Shown in pieces: positions 1 to 9,659 of a stretch of 64,000 nucleotides of DNA. The stretch's first letter is position 1. Each line of letters opens with the position of its first letter. The notes below the pieces were generated by a model. That model worked only from the letters and a program-made list of their open reading frames with translations. It did not search any database and was not told where the DNA came from. The stretch comes from Oscillospiraceae bacterium (GTDB taxonomy: Bacteria > Bacillota > Clostridia > Oscillospirales > CAG-272). Both the position numbers and the translations under genes were made by a program. The stretch is taken from contig SVSH01000011.1 in assembly GCA_015064395.1 (NCBI GenBank), forward strand, positions 210-64,209, in the 5' to 3' direction.

Positions 1-85
1 ATGGCGTAACCTTCATTCACACGAGAGCGATTGTAAAGAGGGGATCGTTCCCCTCCGCCATACCAAAATCCATGTCGTATTTAAC

Positions 86-120
86 ACAAAAAAGCCTGAC
101 GCGCGCGTCAGGCTTTTTTT
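86..120. terminator. Bidirectional intrinsic terminator
   Basis: AAAAAAAGCCTGACGC-GC-GCGTCAGGCTTTTTTT hairpin at the stop of ORF 119-1081. Confidence 0.75.
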
Positions 121-1081
121 ATTCCAATTTCATCTCCCCGATCCCCTCAATAATCGGCGCCATGGCCTTGACCGAATAGAATTCGGTAGGCGGGATGTGA
201 GGCGTCATGGGGCAAAAGCGGACACGGATGGCGTCGCGCTTGCGGCGCACGTCGAAAAACATACCCTTGGCCCGTGCCAGTCGGCGGCATTCCTCCCACT
301 CACGGGGCAAGGGCGTGCGATTGCCGACGGGAATCTCCATCGCAGGAAGAAGCAGCTCGTCATCCGTCAAAAAGCGGGCGCTTTCCCAAATCTTCTGAGC
401 AAATCCCCGACGCAGGCCAAGGATGAGTAGTAGCTGCATCCAAAAGGCAGTGGCCGGGTGATAGTTGCCGCCAAAGGCAACGGGAATGGGAAACTCGGAC
501 AGGTGCGTTGCCGGGAGATCAACACCCAGCGCGTGCTCGATCATGCGGAAGGTCGACAGCACACGGGAAGAGAGCTGACGGCGGTCGGTGATCTGTTGTG
601 GAGCATCGAACAGTGTCAGGACCGAGCGCCAACGCGAGAGCAGGCTTGACAGATATTCGTAGGTGTGCTCATCCACCGCGCGAAGGGACTGTTCCTTCAC
701 GGCATCCGCGCCAAAAATACAAACACGATCGGAGAAGGCGTGCGCCAGTACCCGCAGCACGCTCGCCGCGCCGACGTTGGGAATAAGGGCAATGCCCCAC
801 CCTGCTTCAACCTGTTGGCAGGAAGACAGCAACATGACGCGGTCGCTCGCAGGTAGGCGCCGGGCGGCAAAGTCGGCAGTGGGACGGGACAGATAGTCCC
901 GTATTGTGGCGGCATCCGAGGGCGGCCACGGCGGCTCGCTCCCGGTGGCGCTGAGCAGACGGTCACCGTCCAGCAGTAACAATTCAAAATCGCAATCAAG
1001 CGCGGGCGTGGCGCTGAGCGTTGCCAGCGTCGGGCGAACCTCCAGCGCGCCGGCCGGCAAACAAGGCTCTTGATGGATCAT
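119..1081 (-). CDS. Hypothetical protein (320 aa)
   Basis: Long ORF whose ATG abuts the TAA of the upstream HTH gene; no recognisable motif. Confidence 0.6.
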   Translation of the reverse strand: MIHQEPCLPAGALEVRPTLATLSATPALDCDFELLLLDGDRLLSATGSEPPWPPSDAATIRDYLSRPTADFAARRLPASDRVMLLSSCQQVEAGWGIALIPNVGAASVLRVLAHAFSDRVCIFGADAVKEQSLRAVDEHTYEYLSSLLSRWRSVLTLFDAPQQITDRRQLSSRVLSTFRMIEHALGVDLPATHLSEFPIPVAFGGNYHPATAFWMQLLLILGLRRGFAQKIWESARFLTDDELLLPAMEIPVGNRTPLPREWEECRRLARAKGMFFDVRRKRDAIRVRFCPMTPHIPPTEFYSVKAMAPIIEGIGEMKLE

Positions 1082-1333
1082 TTACCAGATCTCCTGCTCC
1101 AATGCGTCAAACTCGGGCGTAGAGAAAAATTCTCCCAGCGTCATATCCAAGCCGTCGCAGAATTTCTTGACCGTGATCAGCGAAATATCGCGGCGATCAC
1201 TCTTCATCATACTATACGCAGTAGATGGAGACACGCCTGCCAAATTTGCCAACGCATTCAGGCATATATTTCTCTCCTTGCATATCTGTTCAAATCTTTG
1301 AACCACAGCATCCTTGACTCCCATGTTCATCAC
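1082..1333 (-). CDS. XRE-family HTH transcriptional regulator (start may be 1324)
   Basis: LANLAGVSPSTAYSMM...ISLITVKKFCDGLDMTLGEFF HTH signature. Confidence 0.85.
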   Translation of the reverse strand: MMNMGVKDAVVQRFEQICKERNICLNALANLAGVSPSTAYSMMKSDRRDISLITVKKFCDGLDMTLGEFFSTPEFDALEQEIW

Positions 1334-1576
1334 TCACCAGATCTCCTGCTCCAATGCGTCAAACTCGGGCGTGGAGAAAAATTCTCCCAGCGTCATATCC
1401 AAGCCGTCGCACAACTTTTTGATCGTCACAATAGAAATGTGGCGATATGAAGGCTTCATCATGCTATATGCCGTCGAAGGCGTGACACCGGAAAGCGTCG
1501 CCAACTCGTTGATCTTGATGTTTCGCTCCCGACAAATTTGCTGAAATCTTTGTACTACAGCGTCCTTAACACCCAT
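1334..1576 (-). CDS. XRE-family HTH transcriptional regulator, tandem paralog
   Basis: LATLSGVTPSTAYSMM...TIKKLCDGLDMTLGEFF; GGAGGG RBS upstream. Confidence 0.88.
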   Translation of the reverse strand: MGVKDAVVQRFQQICRERNIKINELATLSGVTPSTAYSMMKPSYRHISIVTIKKLCDGLDMTLGEFFSTPEFDALEQEIW

Positions 1577-1768
1577 TGTGTCTTACCCTCCTACTCGGTT
1601 GTATTCTCCAACCGTATTAAGGACATTGTATCTATTTATTCGTTGCTACGTATGCGTATATACGTATATTTTGATCGTGCAAGCCGCCTTCGGCCAAAAA
1701 CAGCCGTTAAAAATGCGACCTCGCCGTGACGCGAATGAAAATTTTTCTTGAACGATGCGCAACATTTC

Positions 1769-1797
1769 TTGACACCCGGCCAATACTCCTTTATAAT
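1769..1797 (+). promoter_or_regulatory. SigA-type promoter
   Basis: TTGACA-17nt-TATAAT. Confidence 0.75.
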
Positions 1798-1867
1798 ATT
1801 ACTATTCAATCTTTTATTTCATTATGGCGCGGCCTGTCCCGCGCCCCATTATCAGAAAGGAGTCACT

Positions 1868-4800
1868 ATGCTGCAACTGAAAAACATCGTCAAGACCTAT
1901 GCTGTCGGCAACGATGAAGAAAGCGTTCACGCCCTGCGCGGTGTTGATCTCGCCTTTCGTGACAGCGAATTTGTTGCGGTGCTCGGCCCGTCGGGCTGTG
2001 GAAAAACCACGCTGCTCAACATTCTCGGCGGTCTGGATCGCTATACCGAGGGCGATCTGATCATCAACGGCCGCTCGACCAAGGAATACGCCGACGCCGA
2101 CTGGGACACCTACCGCAATCACTCCATTGGATTTGTCTTTCAAAGCTATAACCTCATCCCCCACCAAAGCGTGCTGGCCAACGTCGAGCTGGCACTGACG
2201 CTGTCGGGTGTTTCCCGTGCGGAACGCCGCCGCCGCGCCGTCGAGGCGCTGGAGAAGGTGGGCCTGGGTGATCAGATCCACAAAAAGCCCAACCAGATGT
2301 CGGGAGGGCAAATGCAGCGCGTGGCCATTGCCCGCGCCCTTGTCAACGATCCTGACATTCTGCTGGCCGACGAGCCTACGGGTGCGCTGGATACCGTCAC
2401 CAGCGTGCAGATCATGGATATTCTCAAGGAGATCTCGCACGACAAGCTCATTCTGATGGTCACCCACAACCCCGACTTGGCCGAGACCTACGCCAACCGC
2501 ATCGTTCGCCTGGTCGATGGACAAGTGACGGGCGACACCAACCCCTACACAGAGGAGCAGCTGCAAAAGGACATTGAGGCGCGCGCACAGGCGTCCGTTC
2601 AAGAGGCGCCCAAGGCGAAAAAGAAAAGCAAGAAAAGCGATGACGGCACCGGCAAGGGCAAGCGCTCTATGTCGTTTGCAACGGCGCTGTCGCTGTCCTT
2701 CCAAAACCTGATGACCAAAAAGGGACGGACGCTTCTGACCTCCTTTGCGGGAAGCATCGGTATCATCGGCATCGCCCTCATTCTGGCGCTGTCCAATGGT
2801 GTCAACCTGTTCATAGAAGGCGTGCAAGAGGATACGCTGTCCACCTATCCGCTGACCATCCAAAAGGAGACGCAGGATATTGCCGCTATGCTGGGTGCCA
2901 TGACCGCAGTGGATAACGACACGGACTACTCAAACTCGGGCATGATCCACGTGGATGACTCGCTGGGCACTATGATGTCTGCCATGAGTGCAACCGTCAG
3001 CAATAACCTGACCGCCTTCAAGGCGTATTTGGATGAGCACGCCGATGAGCTTGATCCATACCTCAACGACATCCGATATACCTACGATTTCGATCTGCAG
3101 GTGTTCACCTCGGACGGAAAGACACAGGTCAATCCCACTGCCGTATTCGAGAGCATGGGTGACGCCTTCGCGGGTATGAGTCAGATGATGTCAGCCTCCG
3201 GCATGGGCGGCATGGGTATCATGTCCGAAATGATCGACAATCAGAAGCTGCTTGAACAGCAGTATGATGTGGTCGCAGGCGAGTGGCCCGATGAGGCAAA
3301 CGAGGTCGTACTGGTCATCAGCGGCAACAATCAGATCAGCAAAATGACGCTGTATATGCTGGGCGTGCTCGATCAGAGCGAGCTTGAGGACATCGTGAAG
3401 GATCTGATGACCGAAGGTAAATACGACAACACGCCACTGGACCCCTATTCCTACGATGATTTTCTGAATATGACCTTCCGTCTGCTCAACACCTCCGACT
3501 TCTTCACGGAAAAGGAAGGCATGAGCTATACCGTTGACGGTGTGACCTATCCTGTATGGCAGGATGTCCGCGACGATATGTTGAATTACGATCAGGCCTC
3601 CTTTGTCACCGAGCATGGCATCGAGCTTAAGATCAGCGGTATCGTTCGCCCCCAAAAGGGTGCCGCTGCGACCTCCATCTCGGGCGCCATCGGCTATACC
3701 CGAGCGCTGACCAATTATATCTTGGAGGAGAACGAAAAGAGCGCTGTGCTCAACCAGCAAAAGGCAACGCCCGAGTACAACGTGCTCACCGGCCTGAAAT
3801 TTGAGCGCACCGTTTATACCAAAGAAAATATCAACGAGCTGATCCGCACCATTGACAACGCTACCATGGAGGCCCTCTACGCTTTTATGACCGAGCAGAT
3901 CCACGGCATCTTTGCCGAAAATCCGCCCGTCAACGCCCAGAGCTTTGTCGGCTTTGCCGCCATTATGTCGGACGAACAGCTGAGCACGCTGGTGGGTAGT
4001 ATGATGCAGATCGTTTCCCAAAAGGATCCCACCGGATTTATGCTCAAAGCCCTGTGCGATCAGCTCAGCGACGAAACGCTGGCCGTCTCGCCCCAAAATC
4101 TGCTGCGTGTTCTCCCTATCCTGAGCATCGAGAAAAAGATGGGCGCTGTTATGGGCCTGTCCCAGATGTGCGGCGAGGAGGCCATGGCCGAGATCTACTC
4201 CTACATGAACGATCAGCTCATGCTCATGTCGGTAGATGCATCTAACTTCACCATGCTGCTGCAGATGATGGACGACGAGCAGTTCAATACGCTGCAGGAT
4301 ACGCTCTACGACCTCGCTCCCCAAACCGACGCCACACTGGATTCCAACCTCAAGCTGATGGGCGATGCCGAAAAAGCGACCCCCTCGTCCATCAACCTGT
4401 ACGCCGTAGACTTTGAATCCAAGGAATATTTGGAGACCTTCATCGATCAGTATAACGACAGCCGCGAGGATGATAAAGACAAGCTGCGTTACACTGACAT
4501 TGTGGGCAACATGATGTCCTCGGTGACCATCATCGTCGATGCGATCTCCTACGTGCTCATCGCGTTCGTTTCCATTTCGCTGGTGGTATCCTCTATCATG
4601 ATCGGTATCATCACCTATATCTCGGTGCTGGAGCGTACCAAGGAGATCGGCATCCTGCGCGCCATCGGCGCCTCCAAGCGCGACGTCTCCCGCGTCTTCA
4701 ACGCCGAGACGCTCATCATCGGCTTTGCCGCCGGCGCGATCGGTATCCTGTTCACCATCCTTGCCTGCATTCCCATTACCCTCATTTTGCGGAGTGCAAC

Positions 4801-4948
4801 CGGCATCGCCAGCATCACGGCCGCTCTGCCCGGAGCAGGTGCGATCGCCCTTGTGATCATCAGCATGGTACTGACCCTCATTGCGGGTCTCTTCCCTGCC
4901 GGCATGGCCGCTCGCAAGGATCCCGTGATTGCTCTGCGCAGCGAATAA
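1868..4948 (+). CDS. MacB/FtsX-like ABC transporter, fused ATPase and permease
   Basis: Walker [14 protein letters not shown] signature, [11 protein letters not shown]-terminal FtsX motif [17 protein letters not shown]; AGAAAGGAG RBS before ATG 1868. Confidence 0.93.
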   Translation: MLQLKNIVKTYAVGNDEESVHALRGVDLAFRDSEFVAVLGPSGCGKTTLLNILGGLDRYTEGDLIINGRSTKEYADADWDTYRNHSIGFVFQSYNLIPHQSVLANVELALTLSGVSRAERRRRAVEALEKVGLGDQIHKKPNQMSGGQMQRVAIARALVNDPDILLADEPTGALDTVTSVQIMDILKEISHDKLILMVTHNPDLAETYANRIVRLVDGQVTGDTNPYTEEQLQKDIEARAQASVQEAPKAKKKSKKSDDGTGKGKRSMSFATALSLSFQNLMTKKGRTLLTSFAGSIGIIGIALILALSNGVNLFIEGVQEDTLSTYPLTIQKETQDIAAMLGAMTAVDNDTDYSNSGMIHVDDSLGTMMSAMSATVSNNLTAFKAYLDEHADELDPYLNDIRYTYDFDLQVFTSDGKTQVNPTAVFESMGDAFAGMSQMMSASGMGGMGIMSEMIDNQKLLEQQYDVVAGEWPDEANEVVLVISGNNQISKMTLYMLGVLDQSELEDIVKDLMTEGKYDNTPLDPYSYDDFLNMTFRLLNTSDFFTEKEGMSYTVDGVTYPVWQDVRDDMLNYDQASFVTEHGIELKISGIVRPQKGAAATSISGAIGYTRALTNYILEENEKSAVLNQQKATPEYNVLTGLKFERTVYTKENINELIRTIDNATMEALYAFMTEQIHGIFAENPPVNAQSFVGFAAIMSDEQLSTLVGSMMQIVSQKDPTGFMLKALCDQLSDETLAVSPQNLLRVLPILSIEKKMGAVMGLSQMCGEEAMAEIYSYMNDQLMLMSVDASNFTMLLQMMDDEQFNTLQDTLYDLAPQTDATLDSNLKLMGDAEKATPSSINLYAVDFESKEYLETFIDQYNDSREDDKDKLRYTDIVGNMMSSVTIIVDAISYVLIAFVSISLVVSSIMIGIITYISVLERTKEIGILRAIGASKRDVSRVFNAETLIIGFAAGAIGILFTILACIPITLILRSATGIASITAALPGAGAIALVIISMVLTLIAGLFPAGMAARKDPVIALRSE

Positions 4949-4976
4949 AATACGCATCTGCGTATATCATACCACT

Positions 4977-5013
4977 AAACTCCGCCATTTGCAACAGATG
5001 GCGGAGTTTTTTT
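4977..5013 (+). terminator. Intrinsic terminator
   Basis: AAACTCCGCCAT...ATGGCGGAGTTT followed by a T-run. Confidence 0.8.
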
Positions 5014-5142
5014 ATCTGCGCGCATATGTTGCAAAAACTTGCAAAAAATATAAAATTTATACATTTCGCCCATGACATTTTTTTAGAAAAAGATGGTATA
5101 ATATATAGTGTGGAAACAGAAAAATGCCGGGGAGGGATCGCA

Positions 5143-5652
5143 ATGTTCGAATTGGATAGTTACGTCATATACGGGATGCAGGGCGCTTGCCGCATCTGCG
5201 AAAAGCGGCGCGAGAACTTTACGGGTGAGGAGAAGGATTATTATACCCTGTCGCCCGTGGACGACCCTAAAATGGTCATTTACGTCCCCTTGGATTCGCA
5301 AGCCCTGACCGCGCAAATGCGGCCCTTGATGTCCCGCGAGGAGGTCGACCGCCTCATTTCCGAGGCTTGCGTGGCCGGCACGCTGGAATGGATCAACGAC
5401 CCTCGCTCGCGCAGTGAACACTTCCGCAGTATTCTCCAAAGCGGCGACCGCCATAGCCTCTTCCGCCTGCTCCGCACCATCCGCCTGCGCCGCGAGGAGC
5501 AGGAGGCGATCGGGCGCAAGCTGTACGCCGCCGACGAGATGGTCTATCAGAAGGCCGAGCGACTGCTGCACGGCGAGATCGCCCTCATTCTTCGCATCCG
5601 CCCTGAGGAGGTCCAAGACTATATCCGCACCCGTCTGCCGGCCGAAGGATAA
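5143..5652 (+). CDS. CarD-family transcriptional regulator
   Basis: YVIYGMQGACRI...DYYTLSP...IYVP N-terminal CarD pattern; GGAGGG RBS. Confidence 0.8.
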   Translation: MFELDSYVIYGMQGACRICEKRRENFTGEEKDYYTLSPVDDPKMVIYVPLDSQALTAQMRPLMSREEVDRLISEACVAGTLEWINDPRSRSEHFRSILQSGDRHSLFRLLRTIRLRREEQEAIGRKLYAADEMVYQKAERLLHGEIALILRIRPEEVQDYIRTRLPAEG

Positions 5653-5696
5653 ACCCGCGCCACAGCATGGATTTTTGAACTTTTTTCAAAAAATCC

Positions 5697-5725
5697 TTGA
5701 CAATCTTGCCAACATGTGCTATACT
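5697..5725 (+). promoter_or_regulatory. SigA-type promoter of tRNA-Lys
   Basis: TTGACA-17nt-TATACT. Confidence 0.75.
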
Positions 5726-5746
5726 TACCGAGCTGCAAGACATCCT

Positions 5747-5822
5747 GACTCATTAGCTCAGGCGGTAGAGCACTTGACTTTTAATCAAGGTGTCCGGGGT
5801 TCGATTCCCCGATGGGTCACCA
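5747..5822 (+). tRNA. tRNA-Lys(UUU)
   Basis: Acceptor GACTCAT/ATGGGTC, anticodon arm CTTGA-CTTTTAA-TCAAG, GGTTCGATTCC, encoded CCA. Confidence 0.96.
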
Positions 5823-5823
5823 A

Positions 5824-5866
5824 CAAACAAAGAGACCTGCCTTCATGGCAGGTCTCTTTGTTTGTT
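5824..5866 (+). terminator. Terminator after tRNA-Lys
   Basis: AAACAAAGAGACCTGCC-TTCAT-GGCAGGTCTCTTTGTTT. Confidence 0.8.
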
Positions 5867-5965
5867 AGAGATCTTGAAGCGAATGGAACCCCACAAATCC
5901 GCAGGATTTGCTTGTTTTGCGCAAGATGGAAGAACACTTTTTTGCTCTCTTTGGGCGCAAAACGC

Positions 5966-5996
5966 GGTTCTGATTCCCCGATGGGTCACCAACAAA
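5966..5996 (+). repeat. Second copy of the tRNA-Lys 3' end (att-like / tRNA-linked repeat)
   Basis: GATTCCCCGATGGGTCACCAACAAA identical to 5803-5827, followed by another terminator hairpin. Confidence 0.85.
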
Positions 5997-6148
5997 AGGC
6001 ATGCACCATCCGGTGTATGCCTTTTGTTGTCCCCCGGGGATGAGAAGCCCGCTGAAAGAATATCGTCCTCGCCCTGCGAGGCGCGGGTGTCCAGCCCGCG
6101 AGATATTCTTTTTTGCGCTCGCGCCGTGCGCGAGGGCGGGGTTCGATT

Positions 6149-6530
6149 CCCCGCGGCGCATATCATTCCCCTAACTTTTATACTCTCGTTACGCCGCCTC
6201 CAATATTCCGTTTCGTTCCGAAACGAAATATTGCTATAGTACCTCACAAGGGGGAGCTCCCCGCGGCGCATATAATCTCCCTAGCTTTCTTACTTCCATT
6301 ACGCCGCCTTCAATATTCCGTTTCGTCCGAAACGAAATATTGCCATAGTACCTCACAAGGAGGAGCTCCCCGCGGCGCATATAATTTCCCTAACTTTTAT
6401 ACTCTCGTCCCGCCGCCACCAAAATTCCGTTTCGTTCCGAAACGAAATATTGCCATAGTACCTCACAAGGGGGAGCCACCCGCAGCGCATATATTTTCCC
6501 CTTTTTTTAGTTTCGTTCCGCCGCTCCCAA
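6149..6530. repeat. Tandem array of ~110 bp units (3 full, 1 partial)
   Basis: Units start at 6149, 6259, 6368 and 6478 (CCCCGCGGCGCATAT...GTTTCGTTCCGAAACGAAATATTGCCATAGTACCTCACAAGG). Confidence 0.9.
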
Positions 6531-6596
6531 ACGCAACAAGACCGCCGCATATGCGGCGGTCTTGTCTCATGTTTTGGCGAAGACCAAGATCAGATC

Positions 6597-8108
6597 TTAT
6601 TCCTCGTCGGCTACGTAATCGGGATCGTTATACTTTTTATACAGCTCGTTGATCTTCTCAAGGGTCTCCTCGCGCTCATTCAGCCATTTATCCCAGTGAG
6701 AAGCAACACCCGTGGTGCCGTCATTCGTAATACGAAGCACCTTGTCGGTCAGGTGTTCAGGATCATACAGGAAGCCCAAGTCATAGATACGGTTGGAGAA
6801 GATGAGCGCCAGAATGTCCTTGGACTCCTGGTCCTTGGCACCTCTGTCCTGCAGAACGACCTCGAACAGGTCAGGATAGATCTCATAGTAGGAATAGTAG
6901 CCCAACAGCTCCAGCGTTGCGCCGATCATTTCACGGTTTTCAACGTTAGCGATCGGAACAGCAAAGATGGAGTCACCGTAGCCGGATACCTGGCTGTAAT
7001 ACTGCTCCTGATCCTCGGAATACATGGGAATAGGAAGAATACCGTAGGGAGACTGCATCTCACGCATGGAAAGGCAAGCCTTCGCTTTACCAAAGGTAAA
7101 CAGGGCCTGGTCGTTATCAAACTTGGGCAGCTCGCTGTCGTTTCTGTGAATCCAGGTATTATAGAAGAAATCCTGATACATCATGTCTTCCAGAATATCA
7201 AGCATAACGTCGGTGGTCGTATCATTCGAAGCATAGCTGTAGTAGTACTCTTTTTCTTCCTCATCAAACTTCAAAAAACTGTTGCCCGAACCGATGTAAA
7301 GGAACTGTACAGGGTCGTCGCCGCTGACGACGCCAAACTGGTCGTTGTGGTCCCAGGTGTCGTCACCGTTGAGGTCACCGGCAGCCCATGCGATCTCGGC
7401 ATACTCTGCCATTTTTTCCATTGTCCAGGTCTTGTTGTCGACCGACTGGTAAAGGTCAGTAATACCCAAATCCTCTGCCATGGGAAGGTTGTAGAATACC
7501 ATAGCCGTCGCGCCTTTGTCCAAAAGCAGCATATCGGAAACGGCAAACTCAATGAAGTTGCCAATGCTGTAGCTCTCGATGGCACTGTCGACCCACCAGG
7601 GATGCTCGAAGTCAATGAACTCAATATCGTTGAGGTTCATAAAGTAGTCTCTGCAGACCATAGTCTGTGCCGCGTAAGAGAAGTAGTCGACCAGCTGATA
7701 ATCGGTACCGCTGGTGATGTGGATGGTCTCATACGTTTTGGCAAAATCCTTGTGAGCCAGGTTTTCGTTCAGCAGCTCGATGCCATAAAACTGCTCCAGC
7801 CAAGCAGCACGCTCAAAAACGTCGTTACCAATCAAGTCGCCGGGGCGGTTTTCCATACCCGTAGAGGGAACGATCTCGTCCCAAACCAACCAGTCGCCTT
7901 CCTCATAGTGCAATACGGTGAAGGTGGTACCCTCGGGGTACTTCTCAACGGTTACGCCGTGGTCCACACGATCCTCACCGCCAATGTCGCCGAACTCATT
8001 GTCGCCAGGTTCTTCGCCGGGTCCCGTGGTGGGGCCACAAGCGATCAGACCGAGACCCATGACCAGAACGAGAGCCAAGAGAACCAAACGCGTCATCATG
8101 GTTTTCAT
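6597..8108 (-). CDS. Extracellular solute-binding lipoprotein (carbohydrate ABC type)
   Basis: Lipobox LGLIAC; FYNLPMAEDLG, WTMEKM and YGILPIPMY motifs typical of SBP family 1. Confidence 0.8.
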   Translation of the reverse strand: MKTMMTRLVLLALVLVMGLGLIACGPTTGPGEEPGDNEFGDIGGEDRVDHGVTVEKYPEGTTFTVLHYEEGDWLVWDEIVPSTGMENRPGDLIGNDVFERAAWLEQFYGIELLNENLAHKDFAKTYETIHITSGTDYQLVDYFSYAAQTMVCRDYFMNLNDIEFIDFEHPWWVDSAIESYSIGNFIEFAVSDMLLLDKGATAMVFYNLPMAEDLGITDLYQSVDNKTWTMEKMAEYAEIAWAAGDLNGDDTWDHNDQFGVVSGDDPVQFLYIGSGNSFLKFDEEEKEYYYSYASNDTTTDVMLDILEDMMYQDFFYNTWIHRNDSELPKFDNDQALFTFGKAKACLSMREMQSPYGILPIPMYSEDQEQYYSQVSGYGDSIFAVPIANVENREMIGATLELLGYYSYYEIYPDLFEVVLQDRGAKDQESKDILALIFSNRIYDLGFLYDPEHLTDKVLRITNDGTTGVASHWDKWLNEREETLEKINELYKKYNDPDYVADEE

Positions 8109-8289
8109 ACTAAAAAATCCTTTCAGCTTATGTATTTGGGGCTCGTATCCCTATGCGCTTCAAGCAAAAGAGGATACAATGCCACACCTTAACAACATTA
8201 TAACAGATTTTTCAATCCTTGTCAATTCAAAACCCGGTTTTTTACAAAAAATATTTGTAAACTTATTTCCCCACCGCCGCCTCCTTTGC

Positions 8290-8318
8290 TTGACAAAGAA
8301 AGGGCTATATGTTATAAT
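8290..8318 (+). promoter_or_regulatory. SigA-type promoter with extended -10
   Basis: TTGACA-17nt-TATAAT with TG before the -10. Confidence 0.8.
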
Positions 8319-8359
8319 TATACTGTATATTTGTATGATCCGACGAAAGGATGGGAACC

Positions 8360-9625
8360 ATGGGACATATCAAAGCAAACGCGATCGTAGGACAATCGGG
8401 AGGACCCACCGCCGCCATCAACGCCACGCTGTGCGGCGTCATCCGCGGCATGCTGGAGCACGCGCCGGGCTGCCGTCTGTTTGGTATGAGAAACGGCATT
8501 GAGGGCTGCCTGGAGGAGAGAATGGTCGACTTGACCGATCTGTTCACCCTGGAGGACGGCGTGACCCCTGACGAAAACGCCCTGCGCCTTTTGACCCACA
8601 CTCCCGCCGCGGCCCTTGGCTCCTGCCGCCGCAAGCTGCCCGATCCGGATGCTGCCGAGAACGAGCCCTTTTATGAGAAGCTGCTCGGCATTTTCAAGAA
8701 AAACAACATTGACACCTTTTTCTACATCGGCGGCAACGACTCTATGGACACCGTTGCCAAGCTGTCGTCCTACACCCGCCGTGTGGGCTATCCCTTAACG
8801 GTCATCGGCGTGCCCAAGACCATCGACAACGACCTCGAGGGCACCGACCACACCCCCGGCTTTGCCTCTGCTGCCAAGTTCGTCGCCACCACCATGCAGG
8901 AGATCCTGCAGGACTGCGCCGTTTACACCATTCCCGCCGTCACCATCGTCGAGATCATGGGACGTGACGCCGGCTGGCTGACTGCCTCGTCGGCGATTGG
9001 CCGCGTGGTGAACGGTCTTGCTCCCGACTACGTCTATCTGCCCGAGCTCCCCTTCTCGATGGATGCCTTTATGGAGGACGTCCGCGCGGCGCTCGCCCGC
9101 CATCCCAACGTCGTCATTGCCGTTTCCGAGGGCATTCGCTTTGCCGACGGCACGCCCGTGGGTGCCTCCGTTCAGAGCGGCGGCCAGGCGACCGACGTGT
9201 TCGGTCACAGCGCGCTGGCAGGTGCCGGCAAGGCACTCGAATTTGCCATCAAGGATCAGATCGGCTGCAAGGTTCGCTCGGTCGAGCTCAACCTACCCCA
9301 GCGTTGCGGCGCACATCTCTTGTCCGCCGTGGATATTGAGGAATCGCTTCGCGTGGGTGCTTCGGCTGTCAAGGCGGCCGACGAGGGTATCAGCGAGGTC
9401 ATGATGACCATCAACCGCGTATCCACCGCGCCTTATGTGTCCGAGATGGGCTATTCCCCCGTCGCGGCCATTGCCAATCAGGTGCGCCGCGTGCCCGATG
9501 AATTTATCAACGACGCCGGCAACAACGTCACCGACGCCTGCTGTCACTATCTCGCCCCGCTGATCGTGGGCGAGGCCACCCCCGACTACGTAGGAGGGCT
9601 TCCCGCCATTTATACGTTTGACTGA
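8360..9625 (+). CDS. pfp: Phosphofructokinase, probably PPi-dependent
   Basis: GQSGGPTAAIN, IGGNDSMDT, PKTIDND, EIMGR motifs; alternative start at 8351. Confidence 0.85.
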   Translation: MGHIKANAIVGQSGGPTAAINATLCGVIRGMLEHAPGCRLFGMRNGIEGCLEERMVDLTDLFTLEDGVTPDENALRLLTHTPAAALGSCRRKLPDPDAAENEPFYEKLLGIFKKNNIDTFFYIGGNDSMDTVAKLSSYTRRVGYPLTVIGVPKTIDNDLEGTDHTPGFASAAKFVATTMQEILQDCAVYTIPAVTIVEIMGRDAGWLTASSAIGRVVNGLAPDYVYLPELPFSMDAFMEDVRAALARHPNVVIAVSEGIRFADGTPVGASVQSGGQATDVFGHSALAGAGKALEFAIKDQIGCKVRSVELNLPQRCGAHLLSAVDIEESLRVGASAVKAADEGISEVMMTINRVSTAPYVSEMGYSPVAAIANQVRRVPDEFINDAGNNVTDACCHYLAPLIVGEATPDYVGGLPAIYTFD

Positions 9626-9659
9626 TCCATCCCATTCGAAATTGAAAGGAAATACTGCC

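Noticed and set aside
1082-1576. Prophage immunity region or toxin-antitoxin pair
   Set aside because: Both genes are co-directional HTH paralogs with no phage or toxin motifs nearby.
1814-4957. Long antisense ORFs (also 6696-8192, 11860-13866, 16468-17976, 30726-32369, 60191-62494)
   Set aside because: They are shadows of well-supported genes caused by GC-biased codon usage.
6149-6530. CRISPR array
   Set aside because: The variable parts between conserved blocks are homologous to each other, the period is 110 bp, and no cas genes are present.
5823-8108. Genomic island integrated at tRNA-Lys
   Set aside because: The att-like copy is only 169 bp away, and no integrase or phage genes follow.
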